64,000 nucleotides of DNA. Origin: Limisphaerales bacterium (GTDB taxonomy: Bacteria; Verrucomicrobiota; Verrucomicrobiia; Limisphaerales; JADLHS01). Position numbers and translations under genes: made by a program. The stretch covers positions 9,915 through 73,914 of the forward strand of contig JBGAIM010000017.1 in the NCBI GenBank assembly GCA_044225555.1, written 5' to 3'. The notes beneath the pieces were generated by a model that saw only the letters and a program-made list of their open reading frames with translations, did not search any database and was not told the origin of the DNA. The stretch's first letter is position 1. Each line of letters opens with the position of its first letter. Below are positions 35,401 to 43,073 of the stretch, piece by piece.

Positions 35401-36169
35401 GGTGAATCTCGTGGCCATCGAGGAATACGAGGAAACCGAGCAGCGGCATCAGTTCCTGACGACGCAACACGATGATTTGGTCCAGGCCAAGGCGCAGTTG
35501 CTCGAAGTGATCAACCGCATCAACACGCAGACCAAGGAGATGTTCACGACGACGTTCAACCAGATTCGTGACAACTTCCGTCTGATGTTCACGGAGGTCT
35601 TCGGCGGTGGCAAAGCGGACTTGATTCTCACGGACGAAAACGACGTGTTGGAGTCCGGCATTGATATTGTCGCCCGTCCGCCCGGCAAGCAGCTACAGAC
35701 CATTTCGCTGTTGTCCGGTGGTGAACAAACGATGACGGCCGTGTCCTTGCTGTTCTCCATCTACCAGGTGAAGCCGAGTCCGTTCTGCGTGCTGGACGAG
35801 TTGGATGCGCCGCTGGACGAATCGAACATCAACCGGTTTATCCGCGTATTGCAACGATTCATCAATCACTCGCAGTTCATCATCATCACGCACAACAAGC
35901 GCACCATCGGCATGGCCGATGTGCTTTACGGCGTGACGATGGAAGAGCACGGCGTGAGCAAGATCGTGAGTGTGAAGTTTCACAAGGCCGGCGACCAGCC
36001 GGTGACCGAAACCGGCACGACGCCCATGCACAGCATTGAGACGCCCGTGCCTGGCAGGCTGGTCGAGCAGGAGGAGGACGAGCGGCACAAACGGGATGAG
36101 ACGATTGAGATGGCCGTCATTGCTGGACAATCCGCACCACTCCCGTCAAGGCCGTCAGCCACTCAATGA
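32444..36169 (+). CDS. smc: Chromosome segregation protein SMC
   Basis: From ATG 32444: [52 protein letters not shown] (Walker A head). Long coiled coils, a hinge region, and a C-terminal [18 protein letters not shown]...[15 protein letters not shown] (signature + Walker B). Confidence 0.92.
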   Translation: [1241 protein letters not shown]

Positions 36170-36191
36170 AGAACGCGATTCCCTGGGAAGG

Positions 36192-37343
36192 TTAATTTTC
36201 CTCAGCGGAGGCTAGCTTGTACGCCGTGGCAATCCCGAGGACGGCAAACAGCGCCAGGAAGAGGCCGGATTTGAGGTTGTCCTTGAAAAAATATTGTTGG
36301 TAATCGAATTCCCCGACGATCTTTTCACTCAGGTTCGTGGTGAACTCTGCTTTTGATGGTTTGCCGCGGGCAAAGTCACCCAACCCGGGCAATTCTTCTT
36401 CCTGAAATTTCCTGACTTGTTCGTCGGTGATTTCCTCCGGGGTTTTCTGATTGGCGGTCGCGAGCAGCTTGCGAAGTTCCTCGGTCGACTCCGCTTGCAA
36501 CGCCGCGCGTGCGTAGATCATCTGTGCCTGGTAGATTTGGTTGGCCTCCCGGGCGCCCTCCTTGGCGATGATTGCCTTAACGGCCAGATATTCGCCAAAA
36601 ATAATCGCCAGCAAGGCGCAGAAGCCGGAGAGCACGCCCAAGGCGAGGTTGCCTCGCTGGGCGAGCATCCGGGCGCCCAGACCCGTCACCACGCCAACAC
36701 CCCACGCCGCGAGGGCAAAGGTGGCGCCGGTGGACTTGATCAGGAAATACCACGCGGTCGCCCCGATCAACCCGCCCACCGTGGCGCCGACCGCTCCCAG
36801 CAGGAAGCGTTTCCTCCTCGCCGCCTCGCGTTCAGCGGCTTCGTGAACAGGGAATCGTTTGGGACGCCCGGTCGTTTGGGCTGAAGCTAGTCGGGAAGCC
36901 GCCGTGCTGGCCGGTTCCACCTCAGTCTTTGGGGCCTCAACTGGCGAGCCGTTTGAGGCGGGCGGATGACTGGAAGGCGGCGAACCCACAGCAGCCACGA
37001 TAACCGTTGCCCCCGGGGCCGGTTGGCTCACCGGCGGCGCGACGTTGGCCGGCTGAGTCGACTCGAAGATTGCCTCAATGGCACCAAATTGGATGCGCTG
37101 GCCGGAGTGCAACCAGACCTCCCGGACGGGGGCGCGGTTGATGTAAGTTCCGCTGGCGGAACCGAGGTCCTTGAGCGACACGCCCGCGTCGCTCACCATG
37201 ATTTCGCAGTGACGGGAGGAAATCGAAGGGTGATTGAGGTTGAAGTCGTTGTCCGCGTCGCGCCCGATGCGGTTTACTCCCGGCTTGAGTGTGATTTCCC
37301 ACGCCTGCGGGGTGCCCGGATTAACCAAGATACGATGGCTCAT
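36192..37343 (-). CDS. FHA domain-containing membrane protein (paralogue 1)
   Basis: N-terminal FHA domain (NRIGRDADNDFNLNHPSISSRHCEIMV...GSASGTYINR). Pro/Ala-rich linker. C-terminal region with 4-5 hydrophobic helices. Confidence 0.8.
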   Translation of the reverse strand: MSHRILVNPGTPQAWEITLKPGVNRIGRDADNDFNLNHPSISSRHCEIMVSDAGVSLKDLGSASGTYINRAPVREVWLHSGQRIQFGAIEAIFESTQPANVAPPVSQPAPGATVIVAAVGSPPSSHPPASNGSPVEAPKTEVEPASTAASRLASAQTTGRPKRFPVHEAAEREAARRKRFLLGAVGATVGGLIGATAWYFLIKSTGATFALAAWGVGVVTGLGARMLAQRGNLALGVLSGFCALLAIIFGEYLAVKAIIAKEGAREANQIYQAQMIYARAALQAESTEELRKLLATANQKTPEEITDEQVRKFQEEELPGLGDFARGKPSKAEFTTNLSEKIVGEFDYQQYFFKDNLKSGLFLALFAVLGIATAYKLASAEEN

Positions 37344-37429
37344 TAGTACTGATTCGGCGCGTCGTTGACCCAGTTACGTGGTGGCGCCGGCTTTGTCCAG
37401 GAAGATACTCGTTGAGAAAGGGCTTCGGC

Positions 37430-38821
37430 TCAATGCGAAAACCAGCCGAACCGATGCTTCTTGGTCACGTAGAGCAGACCGAGAATGCGCATGGTCACCG
37501 TCAGCAGGTAAACGCTGGCGAAGCTCCAGAGTGCGCGCACGCCAAACGACATGAACAGCCGGTCCATGCGTCGCGTCCGCAGCGTGACCCGGCCCATTTG
37601 ATCGGCGTATTCGTCGCCCAGCAACCGAAGTCCAAAAATCAGCGTTAACAGAATCGCGGCGACCAGGTACTCGACGGGCACTTTCAAGATGGCGGGAATC
37701 ACCACCAAAGGATTGGCCGCCATGACATTGTCCTTCATCGCCACCGCGAGAAATGCCATGGGGAAATAAAGGCAGCCGAGGATTTTGGTGGCGATGATCG
37801 CACTTTCCGGCACGGAGGCGCCGAACGAATTGGCCACTTCCATGGCGATGGGCGGGCCGTAACAGAGCAGCACCACCGCGATCAGTCGAAAGCACGCCGC
37901 AAAGACGTCGTCGAAGCCGGGCAGCTCGGGCATTTCCGCCTCCTCGGCGGCGGTCGCATGAATGATGTTCTGCATGAACGAATACAGGTAGCCGATGGCC
38001 ATCAGCTTGATAAAGAAGTAGAAGATGAACAGGAAGCCACTGGTAATGGCCTCAAGCAGGGAGAAGATGATCGCCGCCGCAATCAAGACCAGCAGGCCAC
38101 TGCCTTTGAACGGATAAATCGCCGCTTCGGGCAGGCGACCAAAGAATCCCTTTTCCACCGTGGGCTTTACACTGTGAACCCGCAACGGAGTCAAGGGTTG
38201 TCCGCACGCGCGGCAATATTTGCCCGCCCCCCGGCTCGTGACACACAGGTCGCAAAAATATTTCCGACAGCGGTTGCAGAGATGGCGGGCGGGCGTTTTG
38301 GGATGAGATTTGCACACGGCACCGCCCGCCTCCATGACTGGCGTGGCCAAGGTCGGGGATTGGGGCGCGGGTTCGCTGGATTCGTCCTGCTGAGAGGGAG
38401 ATTCCATCGCAACCTTCGGAGCCGAAGGCGTGAACACCGGTGGCCGGCTGCTGCCCGGTACCGGGATGGGGATGGGAATGGGAATCGGGATCGGCGGAAT
38501 CGCCGGGGGCGCTGGCGCGCCTGAGCCCGCCGTGATCGCCTCGAAAGTCAGGTCCACCAGGCCGAACTGCACATGCTGGCCCGGTCGCAACCATCCTTCA
38601 CCAACGGAGGCGCGATTGACGAACGTGCCATTCGTCGAGCCGAGGTCTTTCAGGAACGCACCCTGATCGTTGACGGTGATTTCGCAATGCGCGCCCGAGA
38701 CGGAGTCGTGATTGATCGTGAAATCGTTTTCCTCATCGCGGCCAATGCGATTGACGCCGGGTCGGAGTTGAATTTCCCATTGCTGCGGCGTGCCGGGATT
38801 TACCACAAGCCGGTAGTTCAT
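37430..38821 (-). CDS. FHA domain-containing protein with (IP)n linker, Cys-rich zinc-ribbon/B-box-like module and polytopic membrane domain (paralogue 2)
   Basis: FHA domain (NRIGRDEENDFTINHDSVSGAHCEITV...GSTNGTFVNR). PIPIPIPIPIPVP linker. CKSHPKTPARHLCNRCRKYFCDLCVTSRGAGKYCRACG (CxxH/CxxC/CxxC/CxxC). Then about 6 helices, which from memory are DUF4013-like. Confidence 0.8.
   Translation of the reverse strand: MNYRLVVNPGTPQQWEIQLRPGVNRIGRDEENDFTINHDSVSGAHCEITVNDQGAFLKDLGSTNGTFVNRASVGEGWLRPGQHVQFGLVDLTFEAITAGSGAPAPPAIPPIPIPIPIPIPVPGSSRPPVFTPSAPKVAMESPSQQDESSEPAPQSPTLATPVMEAGGAVCKSHPKTPARHLCNRCRKYFCDLCVTSRGAGKYCRACGQPLTPLRVHSVKPTVEKGFFGRLPEAAIYPFKGSGLLVLIAAAIIFSLLEAITSGFLFIFYFFIKLMAIGYLYSFMQNIIHATAAEEAEMPELPGFDDVFAACFRLIAVVLLCYGPPIAMEVANSFGASVPESAIIATKILGCLYFPMAFLAVAMKDNVMAANPLVVIPAILKVPVEYLVAAILLTLIFGLRLLGDEYADQMGRVTLRTRRMDRLFMSFGVRALWSFASVYLLTVTMRILGLLYVTKKHRFGWFSH
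38462..38491 (-). repeat. Coding hexanucleotide repeat (ATY-CCN)x5 encoding (Ile-Pro)5
   Basis: The plus strand reads cgggat ggggat gggaat gggaat cgggat, inside the FHA paralogue 2 linker. Confidence 0.8.
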
Positions 38822-38992
38822 GCGCGAGGACCCTTAGGACGGTTGCTTTTGTCTTACGAGGCGGGCCGGTGGTTGTCCATGAAAATCACCACGGAAATGA
38901 ACCGCATCTCAAATGCCGGCCACGATGACCGGGCATGGCTAGCCGGAACGCCCGCAGCGGTGGAAAAATCCTGTTTCGACTGCCCGGACCTC

Positions 38993-41563
38993 TCACGGCT
39001 TGCCGGGATTGATGATGGCTACGACGGCAGCGTCCGGCCTGAGATATTTCTGGGCCACCGCCTTCACATCGGCAAGCGTGACGGCTTCAATCCGGGCATC
39101 CTCGGAATCGTTGTAGCCGAAGCCGAGCCCGTAGAGTTCGTCGAGCGCGGTGGTGGTGGCAAAGCTGCCCAGTTCCTGGCGTGCGATTTTTCGCTGGCCG
39201 ATGATCTTGGCTTTGGCGCGCTTTAGCTCCTCCTCGGTCAGGGATTCCGTGCGGAGCAACTCGGCTTCCTTCAACATTTCCGTTTCCACCTGAGCCGCTT
39301 TTTCAGGTTCGGTCCCGGCGTAGAAGGCGAAGTAGCCGGGCGTCAGACCCAGCAGATTCTGCGCGCCGACGTAGTAGGCCAGCCCAAGTTTCTCGCGGAT
39401 GCGCAGGAACAATCGCGAACCGAGGTCGCTGCACGCTTCCTGTAACAGCTCCATCGCCTGCCGGTCACTCGCGCTCAACGAAGTGCCGGGGAAGCCGATC
39501 ACGACGACGGCCTGCTTTTTGTCCCGGGTCTCGGTTATGCGCTTCGGCGAGATGCAAGGCGTGAAGGTCGCGGAGCGAACCGGCAATGCGCCCGCGCTTT
39601 GCCAGCTTGCGAAAGCCTTTTCCACAGCCGCTTTGACATCGGTGGCGTTCACATCACCGTAGATGGCCAGGACGCAGTTGGCCGGCGTCGCGAGTTTGCG
39701 ATGAAAGGCAGCGACGTCGGTTGATTGGATTTTCGCCAGCGTTTCCTCCGTGCCGAGTGAATCCAGACCGTAGCTCGCGTCGCCAAACAATTCACGGCGC
39801 ATCGCCTTGAAGGCGGTTTTGAGCAGGTCATCCTTTTGCGCCAGGATGCCGGCCAGTTGCACCTCGCGCTCGCGTTCCAGTTGCGCGGCGGGGAACGTGG
39901 GATTGAGAAGGACATCGGCCACGAGGTTCAACCCGGTGGCAAAATCAGAACTCAATACCTCCGCATTGATGCCGAAACTGTTGTTGCCGCCGTAGCTGTC
40001 GAGATGGCCGCCGACCGACTCGATTTCGCCGGCCACCTGTTCCGCGCTCCGGGTCTTTGTGCCCTTGATGATGAGGCGGGCCAGGAGTTGCGTGAGCCCG
40101 TTGTTTGTTGTGGACTCGGCGAGCACGCCGCCTTGGAACACCGCGCGAAATTCCACGAAGGGCAGGCGATGGTCCGCTTTCACCAACAAGCAGAGACCGT
40201 TGGGGAGAACGAACTTCTGGATCGCGTGTTCGGAGTTGGTTTCCACCGGGGCACTGGATTTCGGCGAGGCCCCTTTGGGCAATAGCGCGTAGAGCGTGCG
40301 ATTCTCAGTCGTGAGATATTCTCGGGCCACGCGCTGAATGTCGGCGAGGGTGACGCGTTGGACGGCGGCGAGGTAGCGCTGGGAGAAATTCAGATCACCG
40401 ACGGCAAGCCAGCTTCCGCCCAAATCGGCGGCCTGACCTTGCATCGTTTTGCGGGTGGCGAGCGTGGCACTCACGAACTGCTTCACGGCTTTCTGGAGTT
40501 CTGCGTCCGAGGCGGGCGTCTGCTTCAGCTTCTCAGCTTCGGCCAGCAGGGCGTCGCGCGCCGCTTCAAATTTGTCCGCGTCCACCATGGCACTCATGCC
40601 AAAGAGGCCGGGATTGCCGGGATTGTAAGTCCAGGCGTCAGCGTAATGCACCAGGCCCAACTTCTCGCGCACCTCCTGATACAGGCGGCAGCTCCGTCCG
40701 CTGCCGAGCAGCACGGACAAAACGTCAAGCACCGGTACATCAGCATGGCGCAGGTCCGGAATGTGCCAGGCGAAATGCAGATGGCCGAGTTCGATGGCGG
40801 CTTCTTCGATGATTTCGCGCGCGGCAGTTTGGGGCGGTTCGGGCGGCAGCAACACCGGTGGCAGCGCGCGGGATTTTGACTTGGCGTAGCACTCGCGAAT
40901 CTGGGCGACGACTTCGTCATGCTTCACATCACCGACCACGACATAGAAGACGTTGTTGGGGGCATACCGTTCGGTGTAGTAGCCGCGAATGTCATCCGGC
41001 TTGAGTTCGTTGAAGATGTCGAGATAGCCAATGACCGTGTGGCGGTAAGGACTCTTCGTGTAGGCCGTTTCAAACAAGCGCCGCCCCGAACGCCGGCTGG
41101 GATCGTCCTGGCCCATGTCCATTTCGCGGCGGATGACGTCGAGTTCCTTGGCCAGTTCATCCGGCGGCAACGACGCGTGCTGCATGATGTCGCAGAGAAT
41201 ATCAATCGCCGTGCGCGCGCCGGTATTCGGCACGTCAATATGATACACCGTGCGGTCAAAGCTGGTGTAGGCGTTCATGTAGCCGCCGGCTTCCTGCACT
41301 TCCTGATCAATCCGGCTGCCGGGACGCGTGGTCGTGCCTTTGAACAGCATGTGTTCCAGCACGTGCGACAATCCCGCGCCAAGCCAGCGGCCTTCGTGGA
41401 TGCTGCCCGTGTTGGCCCACGCCTGTGCCGAAACGACAGGCGCGCTGTGGTCTTCGCGCACGATGATCGTCAGGCCGTTTTCCAGCGTGATGATTCTTAC
41501 GCCGGGGGGGATCGAGGGAATGACGCCCGGACCGGGCGAGGCGGAGACGGCTTTGGCGCTCAT
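38993..41563 (-). CDS. M16-family (pitrilysin/insulinase-like) zinc peptidase, fused double unit (856 aa)
   Basis: Inverted zincin motif GLSHVLEHMLFKGT in the first half. The second half repeats the M16 fold without HxxEH. Start placed at ATG 41563 (MSAKAVSASPG...), because the ORF-track extension to 41779 overlaps the upstream gene. Confidence 0.85.
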   Translation of the reverse strand: MSAKAVSASPGPGVIPSIPPGVRIITLENGLTIIVREDHSAPVVSAQAWANTGSIHEGRWLGAGLSHVLEHMLFKGTTTRPGSRIDQEVQEAGGYMNAYTSFDRTVYHIDVPNTGARTAIDILCDIMQHASLPPDELAKELDVIRREMDMGQDDPSRRSGRRLFETAYTKSPYRHTVIGYLDIFNELKPDDIRGYYTERYAPNNVFYVVVGDVKHDEVVAQIRECYAKSKSRALPPVLLPPEPPQTAAREIIEEAAIELGHLHFAWHIPDLRHADVPVLDVLSVLLGSGRSCRLYQEVREKLGLVHYADAWTYNPGNPGLFGMSAMVDADKFEAARDALLAEAEKLKQTPASDAELQKAVKQFVSATLATRKTMQGQAADLGGSWLAVGDLNFSQRYLAAVQRVTLADIQRVAREYLTTENRTLYALLPKGASPKSSAPVETNSEHAIQKFVLPNGLCLLVKADHRLPFVEFRAVFQGGVLAESTTNNGLTQLLARLIIKGTKTRSAEQVAGEIESVGGHLDSYGGNNSFGINAEVLSSDFATGLNLVADVLLNPTFPAAQLEREREVQLAGILAQKDDLLKTAFKAMRRELFGDASYGLDSLGTEETLAKIQSTDVAAFHRKLATPANCVLAIYGDVNATDVKAAVEKAFASWQSAGALPVRSATFTPCISPKRITETRDKKQAVVVIGFPGTSLSASDRQAMELLQEACSDLGSRLFLRIREKLGLAYYVGAQNLLGLTPGYFAFYAGTEPEKAAQVETEMLKEAELLRTESLTEEELKRAKAKIIGQRKIARQELGSFATTTALDELYGLGFGYNDSEDARIEAVTLADVKAVAQKYLRPDAAVVAIINPGKP

Positions 41564-41615
41564 TGATGCTGGAGGCTGGACAAACTGGTTTGAGGCGAAG
41601 TTGGGCGGTTTGTCC

Positions 41616-42041
41616 TCACGCTTCGGTGGCCTTGGAAACAGCTTCCGCGGCGCGCAACTTATCCGCCGGCAGGAACGGTTTGCGGAACGCGTCGTGAAAA
41701 CTATAGCCGTTCTGGAAATCCGCCCGGCTGTCCTGCTCGGTCTTTCCCAGCAGGCCGATCTCGACCATGTTAAAAACAATCTCGCCGAAATCCTCGCAGC
41801 GATGGATGCCCCACTCGGCGAAGACCATGTCGGTCATCGGGCCAAACTGAGTCAGGGCGTAATTGCGGATGCCATCGAGCAGTTCCTGGCCGCTGACATG
41901 GCGGAGTTCGCGACTTTCCTTGGCGACGATCTTCTGGGTGAAATCCAGGGCGTCCTTGACGAACAGGTAGGCGTCCCGTTGGTAACGCGGGTCTTTGGCG
42001 ACAATCAGGGCGAGCGTGCTGTCGAAAGTCAGTTCTTGCAT
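41616..42041 (-). CDS. Conserved hypothetical protein; from memory resembles the PVC-restricted Minf_1886 (TIGR04138-type) family
   Basis: 141 aa: IVAKDPRYQRDAYLFVKDALDFT...HVSGQELLDGIRNYALTQFGPMTDMVFAEWGIHRCEDFGEIVFNMVEIGLL. The family assignment is unverified recollection. Coding quality and tight spacing support a real gene. Confidence 0.7.
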   Translation of the reverse strand: MQELTFDSTLALIVAKDPRYQRDAYLFVKDALDFTQKIVAKESRELRHVSGQELLDGIRNYALTQFGPMTDMVFAEWGIHRCEDFGEIVFNMVEIGLLGKTEQDSRADFQNGYSFHDAFRKPFLPADKLRAAEAVSKATEA

Positions 42042-42042
42042 A

Positions 42043-42174
42043 TCAGGGCGTGGCGGGCTGAACGGCGGTGGCGGGCGGATGCGCGGCGCGGTATGCCTTG
42101 ACCGCCCAACCCATCAGCAACAGGCCGAGCACCACGCACAGCACCAGTTGCTCTTGTTTCGTCAACGCGTTCAT
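42043..42174 (-). CDS. Hypothetical 43-aa single-helix membrane miniprotein
   Basis: My own translation: MNALTKQEQLVLCVVLGLLLMGWAVKAYRAAHPPATAVQPATP. Its stop is 1 nt from the next gene's ATG. It is below the ORF-track cutoff. Confidence 0.4.
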   Translation of the reverse strand: MNALTKQEQLVLCVVLGLLLMGWAVKAYRAAHPPATAVQPATP

Positions 42175-42272
42175 CGTCCCAGTCTAGCCAGCCTTGTGCC
42201 ACCCCGCAACTGCGCGTTGCGCCTTTCCCCTTGCCGCACCGGGACGACGCTTGTTACGTTGCCGCCGCATTT

Positions 42273-43028
42273 ATGGCGGCCATCGGGCGGTTTCAGAAAG
42301 GCGACGACATCTTCCACGCCAAGGTGGTGGATGGCGAATTGTTCCGACTCCATGGAGACGTGTTCGGGTCGCCGTCCTTCGACAAGAAGCCCACGCCGCG
42401 CAAGGGTGTGCGCACGTTGACCCCGGTTTCGCCCTCAAAGATCATCGCCGTCGGACTCAACTACGCCGATCACGCGCGGGAGCAGAACAAACCGCTGCCC
42501 AAGGAGCCGCTCATCTGGATCAAGGCCACGACGTCGTTGATTCCTGATGGGGCGAAGATTGAAGTGCCGTATCCCGCGCATCGCACCGATTTCGAGGCCG
42601 AACTGGCCATCGTCATCGGGCGGAAGATCCGGAATGTCACGGCAACCTCGGCCGCCCGCTACATCCTGGGTTACACGGCGGCACAGGACATCAGCGACCG
42701 AACGATCCAAAACGCCGAAAGCCAGTGGTGTCGGGCGAAGTCCTTCGACACGTTTACGCCGCTGGGCCCGTACATTGAAACCAAGCTTGACCCCACCGAT
42801 CTCAACATTCAGCTCTTCCAGAACGGCCAGCTTCGGCAAAACTCGAACACGCGGCAGATGATCTTCGACTGCTACGACCTGGTGAGTTTCATCTCCGCCA
42901 ACATCACGCTGCTGCCGGGAGATGTGATCGTGACCGGGACGCCGGCGGGTGTCGGGCCGATCCAGTCCGGGGATCGCCTCGAAGTCCGCATTTCCGGGCT
43001 GGCCCCGCTGATCAATATCGTGAAGTAA
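42273..43028 (+). CDS. Fumarylacetoacetate hydrolase (FAH) family protein
   Basis: SKIIAVGLNYADHAREQN, DFEAELAIVIG, ILGYTAAQDISDR and PGDVIVTGTPAGVG are FAH-family blocks. Start taken at ATG 42273 (the ORF track starts at 42231). Confidence 0.85.
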   Translation: MAAIGRFQKGDDIFHAKVVDGELFRLHGDVFGSPSFDKKPTPRKGVRTLTPVSPSKIIAVGLNYADHAREQNKPLPKEPLIWIKATTSLIPDGAKIEVPYPAHRTDFEAELAIVIGRKIRNVTATSAARYILGYTAAQDISDRTIQNAESQWCRAKSFDTFTPLGPYIETKLDPTDLNIQLFQNGQLRQNSNTRQMIFDCYDLVSFISANITLLPGDVIVTGTPAGVGPIQSGDRLEVRISGLAPLINIVK

Positions 43029-43073
43029 AAAAACTTCGTTCCCCGGTTTCTTTCTGATTAACCTCTCCGCCAC

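Noticed and set aside
41564-41779. 72-codon N-terminal extension of the M16 peptidase ORF
   Set aside because: It overlaps the 3' end of the upstream Minf_1886-like gene and is Arg/Ser/Cys-rich junk. The ATG at 41563 precedes the conserved M16 N-terminus.
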